A stretch of 32,000 nucleotides of DNA, from contig BEHE01000006.1 of NCBI GenBank assembly GCA_002898395.1, forward strand, positions 61,122 to 93,121, read 5' to 3'. A program made the translations under genes and the position numbers. Shown one piece after another: positions 7,813-15,736 of the stretch (positions within the stretch are counted from its first letter, which is position 1; every line of letters starts with the position of its first letter). Origin of the DNA: Candidatus Calditenuaceae archaeon HR02. Lineage in GTDB: Archaea > Thermoproteota > Nitrososphaeria_A > Caldarchaeales > Calditenuaceae. The notes under the pieces were generated by a model. That model made no database searches. It saw only the letters and a program-made list of their open reading frames with translations, and was not told the origin of the DNA.

Positions 7813-7854
7813 ATACTAATGCGTAAAATTTTATGCATTAGAATACATTAGTAT
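7813..7854. promoter_or_regulatory. Candidate operator: 26-nt near-perfect palindrome plus a third half-site, upstream of the molybdoenzyme operon
   Basis: CTAATGCgTAAAATTTTAtGCATTAG (7816-7841) is palindromic apart from one mismatched pair. The half-site recurs as ATACTAATG (7813-7821) and CATTAGTAT (7846-7854). The centre lies ~80 nt upstream of ATG 7908. Confidence 0.4.
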
Positions 7855-7868
7855 ACTTTTGCAGATTC

Positions 7869-7880
7869 ATAAATAAATTT
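7869..7880 (+). promoter_or_regulatory. TATA-like box of the molybdoenzyme operon
   Basis: ATAAATAAATTT is centred ~34 nt upstream of ATG 7908, which is consistent with a very short 5' UTR. Confidence 0.45.
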
Positions 7881-7907
7881 CTCTCAGCTTCCATTTAAAT
7901 TGAATTC

Positions 7908-10346
7908 ATGTCCGGTGTTAGTCGCAGAGATTTCGTAAAGGTAGCTATCGCTACAGCGGCGGCCGGAACAATAGGCACCCTTGTATCAGTGCCGCGTGGG
8001 GTGCTCCTTCAGCTACAAACCGATGTATTGCACGCTGAATCGGGGTATAGGTTTGTCCAGGATAGTTGGGTGGCGAGCACTTGTCTCCAGTGCCCAGCCG
8101 GCTGCGGCATAGCTGTACGAGTTGTTGGGGATAGGGTGGTGAAGATAGAGGGTAACCCACTCCACCCTATAAATAGGGGCTCCATATGCCCCAAGGCCCA
8201 CTATGGGCTCCAGATACTCTATGATCCTGACAGGGTTAGGGGCCCGCTTATCAGGGTGGGGGAGAGGGGCTCGCATGGGTTCAGGGAGGCTAGCTGGGGG
8301 GAGGCCCTGAGTCTTGTCGCTTCTAGGCTCCTTGAACTGAGAAAGGCCGGCACGCCTGAGAGGTTTGTCTGGCTAGACGGCAGGGTTAGAGGGAATATGG
8401 GCGACTTCATCACGAGATTCACCACCGCTTATGGGACACCCAACCGGATAGGCCATAGCAGCATCTGCTCCGACGGCGCCGTGATAGCCCACTACCTCAC
8501 ACAGGGAGTTAAGCACTACCTCGCATACGACTGGCAGAACACAAACTATCTCCTACTATTCGGCGCCTCCTTCCTAGAGGCATGGCGCCCTACAACGAGG
8601 CTTCTTAGAAGCTATGGACACATCAGGGGCGAGAGGCCTATCAGGGCCAAGATAGTCGTCGCAGAGGTGAGATACTCAACTACCGCCGTCAAAGCGGACG
8701 AGTGGCTGAGGATAAGGCCAGGGACAGATGGCGCACTTGCTCTCGGCATAGCCCACGTGATTGTTAGGGACAGGCTGTATGACAAGGAGTTTGTCGAAAA
8801 CTACACCTACGGCTTCGAGGAATTCTCTGAACTGCTACTATCTAAATATGGCGTGGATTGGGCTGAAAAAATCACAGGTGTTCCGGCAGAGACGATTGAG
8901 AGAGTCGCACGCGAATTCGCGACCACGAGGCCCGCCATAGCAGCTGGCCAAAGAGGAGCCATGATGCAGCCCAACGGTGTCTTCAACTATATGGCTATAC
9001 ACTCGCTGAACGCGTTGGTCGGAAGCATCGGTAAAAAAGGTGGAGTGCTTGTCCAGAAGTCGCCGCCGTTCAAACCATGGCCTCCCCTCGAGCTTGACGA
9101 GGTCGCAAAGGCAGGGTTAAGCAACACGAGGATAGACTACGCCGGGACAGAGAAGTATCCATTCGCAAAGAATGTTTACCAGCAGGTCCCAGAATCGATA
9201 CTCGAGGAAAAACCCTACCCTGTTGAGGTGCTGATGACATACTACACCAACCCAGTGTTCTCTTCACCCAACATGAGTATGTGGCAGAAAGCTTTGGAGA
9301 AGGTGCCGTTCATAGTAAGCACATCACCCTTTATGGATGAGACTACATCCATCTACGCAGACGTCGTCCTCCCAGACCACACCTATCTGGAGCGGTTTAT
9401 GGATGACGTCATCTACCCGAGCCTAGGCTATCCGGTGGCCTCCATCCGCCAGCCAGTAGTCAAGCCGCTCTACAATACGATGAACACTGGAGACGTCATA
9501 ATTCAGCTTGCCAGACGTATCGGCGGAGTAGTTTCCGCTGCATTCCCATGGGATACCTTCGAGGAGGCGATAAGATACAGGTGGAGTGGTGTATGGGAGA
9601 GTGGGAGAGGCAAGGTTGGCCCAATACGCTTGAACCGAATGAGCAGCTTCGAGGAGTTCTGGTCCAACGTCCTCAAGTACGGTTTCTGGGCCGAGCCACC
9701 CTATGTTTTTGAAGATTATGAACACGAGCTTCGAACAAGGACCAAGAAGTTTGAGTTCTACTCCACGATGCTTGAAGAAAAGCTGCAGGCTCTGGCGGAG
9801 AAGCTCTCAGAGAAGGAGGGAATCCAATTTGAAGAGGCATTTGAGAAGGTTTTAAACAGTCTGAACATCAAGGCGAGGGGCAAGGAAGTCTTCCTACCGC
9901 ACTTCGAGGAGCCGGAGTTTGTGGGCAGCCCAGCCGAGTACCCCCTCATCCTAGCCACCTACAAGTCAATCATGCACGCTGAGGGGAGAGGCACCAATAG
10001 CCCATGGGCCTTGGCCAGCTGGGGGCCACACGTCAGGATGGGCTGGAGGAACTGGGTCGAGATACATCCACTCGCGGCGGAGAAGCTCGGCATCAAGGAC
10101 GGCGACGCGGTCGTCGTCGAGTCGCCCGCCGGCCGCCTAGTAACCGTGGCGAAGATACGTCAAACATCGTCGCCCGAAGTGGTTGTTATGCCCTTTGGAA
10201 TAGGCAGGTCGGCCTATGGCAGATGGGCCTCTAGGACAGGCAAGAATGTGAACGAGATACTTGCAGAGAGGCGGGAGATGCTCTCGGGCTCGGCCGGTTT
10301 CACATCTACCCGTGTGAGGGTCTTCAAGGTTGGAGGTGGTGCCTGA
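7908..10346 (+). CDS. Molybdopterin (bis-MGD) oxidoreductase catalytic subunit, Psr/Phs/Sre/Ttr-like, Tat-exported
   Basis: Twin-arginine signal MSGVSRRDFVKVAIATAAAG. N-terminal [4Fe-4S] motif CLQCPAGCGIAVRV...GSICPKA (C-x2-C-x3-C-x27-C). 812 aa, followed by FeS and NrfD-type subunits. The substrate cannot be assigned from sequence alone. Confidence 0.9.
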   Translation: MSGVSRRDFVKVAIATAAAGTIGTLVSVPRGVLLQLQTDVLHAESGYRFVQDSWVASTCLQCPAGCGIAVRVVGDRVVKIEGNPLHPINRGSICPKAHYGLQILYDPDRVRGPLIRVGERGSHGFREASWGEALSLVASRLLELRKAGTPERFVWLDGRVRGNMGDFITRFTTAYGTPNRIGHSSICSDGAVIAHYLTQGVKHYLAYDWQNTNYLLLFGASFLEAWRPTTRLLRSYGHIRGERPIRAKIVVAEVRYSTTAVKADEWLRIRPGTDGALALGIAHVIVRDRLYDKEFVENYTYGFEEFSELLLSKYGVDWAEKITGVPAETIERVAREFATTRPAIAAGQRGAMMQPNGVFNYMAIHSLNALVGSIGKKGGVLVQKSPPFKPWPPLELDEVAKAGLSNTRIDYAGTEKYPFAKNVYQQVPESILEEKPYPVEVLMTYYTNPVFSSPNMSMWQKALEKVPFIVSTSPFMDETTSIYADVVLPDHTYLERFMDDVIYPSLGYPVASIRQPVVKPLYNTMNTGDVIIQLARRIGGVVSAAFPWDTFEEAIRYRWSGVWESGRGKVGPIRLNRMSSFEEFWSNVLKYGFWAEPPYVFEDYEHELRTRTKKFEFYSTMLEEKLQALAEKLSEKEGIQFEEAFEKVLNSLNIKARGKEVFLPHFEEPEFVGSPAEYPLILATYKSIMHAEGRGTNSPWALASWGPHVRMGWRNWVEIHPLAAEKLGIKDGDAVVVESPAGRLVTVAKIRQTSSPEVVVMPFGIGRSAYGRWASRTGKNVNEILAERREMLSGSAGFTSTRVRVFKVGGGA

Positions 10347-11161
10347 TGGTTAGGTGGGGCATGGCTATCGATTTGGACAAATGCACGGCATGCCAAGCCT
10401 GCGTAGTGGCCTGTAAGGCTGAGAACAACGTGCCTATAGGAAGCGAGGCCGACCAGCTCAACGGCAGACAGATCGCGTGGATGGACCTAGTCGTGAAGGA
10501 CGTGGAAGGGGGGACGGTTATGCTTCCGAGGCCTTGCATGCACTGCGACAATCCGCCATGTGTACAGGTATGCCCGGTCGGAGCCACATACCAACGCGGA
10601 GATGGAATCGTCACCCAAGACTATAGCCGGTGCATAGGCTGTAGGCTCTGCATGGTGGCATGTCCCTACGGGGTCAGATATTTCAACTGGCGTGAGCCGT
10701 CGTGGCCCGACACATTCACAGAATACCTAAACCCGAGCGTCCCGGTTAGACCTGCAGGAGTCGTAGAAAAGTGTACATTCTGCGTCCATAGGATAGAGAG
10801 GCTCAGAAATGACATATCCACGGGAAATATACCGCCTGCCGTCGCTAAGGCTGTGCGGGGTGAAGCCGATATGGAGAAGAAGATGAGCAAAGCCATCGAC
10901 ACTCTTATGCGTAGACTCGTCACAAAGAGTGATGAGGTTGATGAGGCTGAGCCTGAAGAGATGTGGAGCGACTTCGACTTCAGGGAACTTAACTACCTGC
11001 CGTCATGTGTAAGGTCATGCACAGGAAGAGCCATCATCTTCGGAGACCTAGAGGACCCGGAGAGCCTTGTCTCGCAGATGGCCAGGAGCAAGAGAGCTTT
11101 CAGGCTCTTTGAAGAGTTTGGGACGGAGCCTAAGGTTATTTATCTGCAGGAGGGGAGGTAA
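10346..11161 (+). CDS. 4x[4Fe-4S] electron-transfer subunit (PsrB/NrfC-like) with a 74-residue insertion
   Basis: Four Cys groups: CTACQACVVAC, CMHCDNPPCVQVCP, CIGCRLCMVACP, and CTFC...CVRSC followed by IIFGDLEDPES. The ATG overlaps the upstream stop (TGATG). Confidence 0.9.
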   Translation: MVRWGMAIDLDKCTACQACVVACKAENNVPIGSEADQLNGRQIAWMDLVVKDVEGGTVMLPRPCMHCDNPPCVQVCPVGATYQRGDGIVTQDYSRCIGCRLCMVACPYGVRYFNWREPSWPDTFTEYLNPSVPVRPAGVVEKCTFCVHRIERLRNDISTGNIPPAVAKAVRGEADMEKKMSKAIDTLMRRLVTKSDEVDEAEPEEMWSDFDFRELNYLPSCVRSCTGRAIIFGDLEDPESLVSQMARSKRAFRLFEEFGTEPKVIYLQEGR

Positions 11162-12700
11162 ATGTCGGAGCAGCGGGAGAAATACTATACCACCGGCGTC
11201 TTCAGCGGGACAACATTCCTGACACTGGGCGTCCTATTGACTATTATCGGGCTCGCGGTATATTCGTGGCTCCAGCAGCTCTCCATCGGGCTCGGCGTTA
11301 CGGGGCTCAACAGGCCCGCGGTCTGGGGAATATACATGGCGAACTTTGTCTTCTTTATCAGCATAAGCATGTCGGGAACCTTCATCTCAGCCGTTATGAG
11401 GCTGCTCAACCTCGAGTGGGGCAAGCCTATAACACGAGTCGCAGAAGTAATCACCGTCGCGAGCTTGGTGATGGCGGCTCTAAACATACTGTTCGACGTG
11501 GGACAGCCCTTCCGAGCCCTCATCTACATCCCATTGTTCGGAAGGATACAGTCGCCCGTGGGATGGGATGTGATAGTCCTGCTCTTCTACCTCCTCACAT
11601 CGCTCGGATATCTCCACATTAGCCTGATACCCGATGCTGCAGTGTTATCGGAGCGTGAGACAAGGCTCTCATGGCTCTACAGGCTCCTGCGGTATGATTG
11701 GAGCGGCGCCGAGCACCAAGTCCACCTCCTAGAATCGGCGCTCAAGATACTGGCCGTGGTGACTATTCCCATTGCCGTGATGATGCACACTGTTACAGGA
11801 TGGATATTCGGCGGCATGAAAGCTGTTCCAACGTGGAACGACGCGCTCTTCGGCCCCTACTTCATAATAGGGGCGCTACTTTCAGGACTCTCTCTCATCA
11901 TAATCACAGCGGCCGTCATCAGAGAGCGCTACAGGCTCCAAGAAATAATGTCTGAAAAAGCCTTCACAAACCTAGGCAAAATCTTGGTCGTCTTCCTCTT
12001 GGGCTATCTATACTTCTTCCTGGCAGAAAACTTCACCGTCAGGTATGCGGCCGCCGCCGAGGATTTCCACGTCTCAGAGTTTTTGTGGACGGGACCCTAC
12101 AGCCCGTTTACGTGGTATATCCTCGTCTCGCTTGTGGTTCCCAGCATAGTCCTCCTCATCCCCTCTCTGAGGTCTTACAGGACAGTAGTTGCTATGGCGG
12201 GTGTTGTCCTCCCTGCTATGTGGGTTAAAAGAGTCCTGATCGTCGTACCAGGCCTCTTAAACCAGACTAGACTTCCGACGGTCCAGGGCCCTGTCGCCGA
12301 CTACGCCCCCACTCATGTTGAGCTCCTGCTCACCGCAGGCTCATTCGCGGGACTTGCCCTCGTGCTGCTGCTCTTCACGAAGCTCTTCCCGACCTTCCCG
12401 GTATGGGAGATTTTCGGCCATACGAAGACTAGGGAGGAGCCTGCCTCAAGGATATCGCTGAGGGCCGTCTTCACGGGGTGGATGTCGGGGATATCAGTCT
12501 CGTCGGCCTTTGTGTTTGCATGGGCTGTCGCGACTTTGACGCTGGGTGAGAAGGCAGCCACGTCCTACTCTGTGAAACTGATGCCGACTTCTGTAGAAGT
12601 TCTCGTCACGCCAGAGCTCGTCACCTCATCGATGATCAACCTTCTCAGCGTAGTGGTGCTCGCCGGGATTCTAGCAATACTACTTGTGAGGGAAGGCTGA
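11162..12700 (+). CDS. NrfD/PsrC-type integral membrane quinol-interacting subunit (long form, 512 aa)
   Basis: The start directly follows the B-subunit stop codon. The protein is hydrophobic throughout, with many predicted helices (VWGIYMANFVFFISISMSGTFISAV, GWDVIVLLFYLLTSLGYL, FGPYFIIGALLSGLSLIIITAAV ...). Its position as third gene of an A-B-C molybdoenzyme operon supports the call. Confidence 0.8.
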   Translation: MSEQREKYYTTGVFSGTTFLTLGVLLTIIGLAVYSWLQQLSIGLGVTGLNRPAVWGIYMANFVFFISISMSGTFISAVMRLLNLEWGKPITRVAEVITVASLVMAALNILFDVGQPFRALIYIPLFGRIQSPVGWDVIVLLFYLLTSLGYLHISLIPDAAVLSERETRLSWLYRLLRYDWSGAEHQVHLLESALKILAVVTIPIAVMMHTVTGWIFGGMKAVPTWNDALFGPYFIIGALLSGLSLIIITAAVIRERYRLQEIMSEKAFTNLGKILVVFLLGYLYFFLAENFTVRYAAAAEDFHVSEFLWTGPYSPFTWYILVSLVVPSIVLLIPSLRSYRTVVAMAGVVLPAMWVKRVLIVVPGLLNQTRLPTVQGPVADYAPTHVELLLTAGSFAGLALVLLLFTKLFPTFPVWEIFGHTKTREEPASRISLRAVFTGWMSGISVSSAFVFAWAVATLTLGEKAATSYSVKLMPTSVEVLVTPELVTSSMINLLSVVVLAGILAILLVREG

Positions 12701-12763
12701 GGAGAGGCAGCGGTTCCTTAGCAGCAGGAAGGGTTTTTAGCCCGTAGGACATCTCACCGGCAG

Positions 12764-14092
12764 ATGAGAAGTTTGGGTGACCTGAGGGGCTATTTTGACG
12801 TGGTTGTTGTTGGTGGGGGTGCCGTTGGTGTTTTCACCGCGCTTGACCTCGCGCTTCGAGGTGTCTCTGTGTTGTTGCTGGAGAGGGGAAGGCTCTGCTC
12901 CGGGACTTCGGGGAGGAGTCATGGGATGCTCCACAGCGGGGCGAGGTACGCTACTACTGACCCGGAGGCGGCTCGGGAGTGTATCAGGGAGAACAGGATA
13001 ATCTCTGAGATGGCTCCACACTGTGTCAGGGACACCGGCGGCATCTTCGTCTCCGTGAGGAGAGCGGAGGAGGACTACCACCAGGAACTGGCCTCAGCAT
13101 GTCTGAGGGCGGGTATTCCCGTGAGGGACCTTGATGTTGGGACACTTAAGGCGCTGGAGCCCCATGTGAGTCCTGATGCCAGGAGCGCGGCCCTTGTCCC
13201 GGACAAGGTGGTTTATGCGAGAGAGCTGGTCGCTTCTACGGCGCTTCTCGCGGTTTCGAGGGGTGCAAGCATCGTTGAGGAGGCGCGGGTCTGCGGTATC
13301 AAGGTGGAGGGGGGCGAGGTCGTGGGCATTGAGGCGCTCTCAGACGGTGAGTTGTTTAGGGTTGGGTGCAAGGGTGTTGTCAACGCTGCTGGGCCCTGGT
13401 GTGGCAGGGTTGCGGAGCTGGCCGGCGTCCGGGTCGGGGTCCTCCCTGCCGCGGGAGTGATGGGCGTCACATACGCAAACCTGACGCGCCACATAATCAA
13501 CAGGATGAGGCCTCCTAGCGACGGCGACATAATCGTCCCCTATGGCCCCGGCGTCACGATCTCTGGTACGACGGCGGTACTCGTCGAAGACCCAGATAGA
13601 GTCGAGGTTGGAGATGAGGATGCTAGGGTTATACTGCAGGAGTGCGGCGAGGTTATCCCCGCTCTGCGGAGGCTCGGGTTCTCGAGACTCTACGCCTCTG
13701 TCAGGCCCCTTGTCTCACCCGGTGAGGGTTCAGTTGGGGTAAGGGAGATTACACGGAGCTTCGAGGTCATAGACCACTCTGGGGACGGGGCTCGGGGGCT
13801 TGTGACGGCGCTTGGAGGGAAGCTGACGACTGCGAGGCTGGAGGCTGAAAGGGCCGCGGACCTCATCGCGCCGCACATAGGTGCTTCGAGGGGGAGCTTC
13901 ACCGAGAAGGTGAGGCTAGACCTGCTGGGCGAGGATGACTTGAGGGAGCTGGCCGACCGGCTGGGGTCTGGGGAGCTGGGTGGAAGGCTTGCAACCATCC
14001 TAAGAGAAGCCTTAGACACAATCGATGCCGAGAGGTATCGGGGCCTACTTCTCCCACTCAAGTTCGCCTCGATGATGGGTGCATCCTCATGA
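12764..14092 (+). CDS. FAD-dependent glycerol-3-phosphate dehydrogenase-like oxidoreductase (GlpA/GlpD family)
   Basis: N-terminal dinucleotide fold DVVVVGGGAVGVFTALDLALRG, followed by LLERGRLCSGTSGRSHGMLHSGARY, which is typical of GlpA/GlpD-type enzymes. 442 aa. Confidence 0.7.
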   Translation: MRSLGDLRGYFDVVVVGGGAVGVFTALDLALRGVSVLLLERGRLCSGTSGRSHGMLHSGARYATTDPEAARECIRENRIISEMAPHCVRDTGGIFVSVRRAEEDYHQELASACLRAGIPVRDLDVGTLKALEPHVSPDARSAALVPDKVVYARELVASTALLAVSRGASIVEEARVCGIKVEGGEVVGIEALSDGELFRVGCKGVVNAAGPWCGRVAELAGVRVGVLPAAGVMGVTYANLTRHIINRMRPPSDGDIIVPYGPGVTISGTTAVLVEDPDRVEVGDEDARVILQECGEVIPALRRLGFSRLYASVRPLVSPGEGSVGVREITRSFEVIDHSGDGARGLVTALGGKLTTARLEAERAADLIAPHIGASRGSFTEKVRLDLLGEDDLRELADRLGSGELGGRLATILREALDTIDAERYRGLLLPLKFASMMGASS

Positions 14093-14562
14093 GGCTTGAG
14101 GGCGTGCTGAGAGTCGGGGCGCCGCCAGAGCTATGCCTGGAAAGGCTCAGAGACCCTTCATGGCTTAGGGGATGTCTGCCCAACCTCACCTCCCTCGAGC
14201 AGACCGATGAAGGCGAGTTCACGGCGGTCTTCCACCTAGACCTCTCGGAGATAGCGAGGGTCGCGGACTATCTTGCACGAATTAGGGTCGAGATGAGGTT
14301 CACCTATATGGGCGCGGGCCCGGCCCAGGTGGTCTTGAGGGGTGTGGGGAGGGTCGTCGGAGCACGCGTCATCATCACAATCTCGGTGGATGTACAGCCA
14401 GCCGATGGTGGTGGAAGCCTTCTTAGATGGAGCTCCGACTTGGAGCTGGGAATCATCGAGAGGCTGCTCGGAGGAGAGACGGTTAGAAGAGTTGCGGAGA
14501 AGCAGGTTGGAGCCCTGACCAACTGTCTGAGAGAAGTGCTCGGCGGAGGCCCGAGAGACTGA
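14089..14562 (+). CDS. CoxG/SRPBCC-fold protein
   Basis: 157 aa. Its ATG overlaps the upstream stop (ATGA), indicating translational coupling. The N-terminus LEGVLRVGAPPELCLERLRDPSWLRGCLPNLTSLEQTDEGEFTAVF resembles CoxG (COG3427)-type proteins as I recall them. Confidence 0.5.
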   Translation: MRLEGVLRVGAPPELCLERLRDPSWLRGCLPNLTSLEQTDEGEFTAVFHLDLSEIARVADYLARIRVEMRFTYMGAGPAQVVLRGVGRVVGARVIITISVDVQPADGGGSLLRWSSDLELGIIERLLGGETVRRVAEKQVGALTNCLREVLGGGPRD

Positions 14563-14760
14563 ACACTCTCCCAGGCCAGAGCACCTACTCTGTGAAGGTT
14601 TTTGTGTGGGGCGGCCACGCTATTCGCGGTAGCAACTATCCTATTCTCTTCATGATTGATTTTTAGGATCAGGGATAACAACTCGCATAGCTTTTTGGCG
14701 AATAGTGCTGATGGGTTTTGACTGGTTAGGTTTTTAGGCGTCGCTTCTTGTCTGCGGTGT

Positions 14761-15627
14761 TTGGGTTTGAGGGTTTATAATCCCTATGTGGGGTGGGTTG
14801 AGCATCCTGATAGGCCGTCGAGGATTGTGAGTCTGTGCCCCTCAGTTACGGAGACTCTGTTTATGCTTGGTGTGGGTGGGAGGGTTGTGGGTGTTTCGAG
14901 CTGGTGCCACAGGCCCCGTGAGGCTCTAGAGAGACCGAAGGTGGGCAGCTATACTGAAATCGTCAGGGATAAGATAATGGGGCTCGAGCCCGAGCTAGTA
15001 TTTACGACGGTTGGTGCTCAGCGTAGAGTCCTCGAGGAGCTGTTAGCCCTAGGCTATCCGACGTACCCGGTGCCGCTGCCCAAGGATGTCTATGCCATCT
15101 TGTCGATGGTGGTTGAGGTGGGCGGGATGGTTGGGGAGCCTGAGAATGCATTGAGGCTGGCTGACAGGCTTGCAGGCCGCCTGGATGAGCTGAGGGCCTT
15201 AGGTAGCGGCGGTGAAGCGCCCAGGGTATACGTCGAGATTGACCTAGGAGGGCCGACGGTGCCAGCCTACTTCAACCACATCAACTCTGCATTCCACTTG
15301 GCGGGGATAGCTAACATATTCGGCGACTCTCCGCGCGAATACTTGTATGGAATGAGTGTGGGAGACTATCCCGTGCTGGATGTAGTCGGCGAGCTGGTGA
15401 AGAGAGACCCAGACGTGATTATCTACGAGTCGAAGAGCTTCCACCCATCACCGGATGAGGGTCTAAGAATGATGAAGATGAGGGGGCTGGAGAGGTTGAG
15501 GGCCGTCAAGACAGGTAATGTTCTGACACTCCCAGCCGATACGCTTGCACATTATGGCCCCTCCTTCCTAGAGGAGGCCGTGAAAGTCTGTGATAGAGTC
15601 TGGGATATGTTTGTTCGTCGGTCTTGA
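14761..15627 (+). CDS. TroA/BtuF-like (cluster A, class 8) substrate-binding protein, orphan
   Basis: RIVSLCPSVTETLFMLGVGGRVVGVSSWC and later DPDVIIYES, GPSFLEE are typical of Fe-siderophore/cobalamin binding proteins. There is no signal peptide or lipobox after the TTG start, and no permease or ATPase genes nearby. Confidence 0.65.
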   Translation: MGLRVYNPYVGWVEHPDRPSRIVSLCPSVTETLFMLGVGGRVVGVSSWCHRPREALERPKVGSYTEIVRDKIMGLEPELVFTTVGAQRRVLEELLALGYPTYPVPLPKDVYAILSMVVEVGGMVGEPENALRLADRLAGRLDELRALGSGGEAPRVYVEIDLGGPTVPAYFNHINSAFHLAGIANIFGDSPREYLYGMSVGDYPVLDVVGELVKRDPDVIIYESKSFHPSPDEGLRMMKMRGLERLRAVKTGNVLTLPADTLAHYGPSFLEEAVKVCDRVWDMFVRRS

Positions 15628-15736
15628 CCCGCCGGCTTCCACTATCCACGGGAACCTTCCTTGCGAGGGTTTAGGGGCGGAGGGTTTTTGGCTGGGATGA
15701 GTGTATCATTTGCTGGTGTGTGGTGTGGAGAGCTGG

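Noticed and set aside
8009-8425. Antisense ORFs inside the molybdoenzyme A gene (8009..8194, 8013..8276, 8219..8425). Similar shadow ORFs occur inside glpA-like (13213..13530, 13690..14061), gatE (17574..18096, 18289..18627) and the methyltransferase/pfkB genes.
   Set aside because: They lie opposite strongly supported genes in GC-rich DNA, where long open antisense frames arise by chance. They are rich in Pro/Arg/Ser/Gly and carry no recognisable motifs.
14620-14705. Motif CTATTCGC-N-ACTATC, shared with the ~80-nt repeats, plus an inverted GCGAATAG in the 14.6-kb spacer, considered as a common regulatory site.
   Set aside because: The spacing differs (7 nt against 5 nt) and the shared words are only 6-8 nt, which is compatible with chance.
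15701-15736. The tracked alternative start at 15701 for gatD (MYHLLVCGVESW...).
   Set aside because: The extension is hydrophobic and Cys-rich and unlike GatD N-termini. ATG 15737 gives the typical MGYSGFLLEMI...GDEIVV start.
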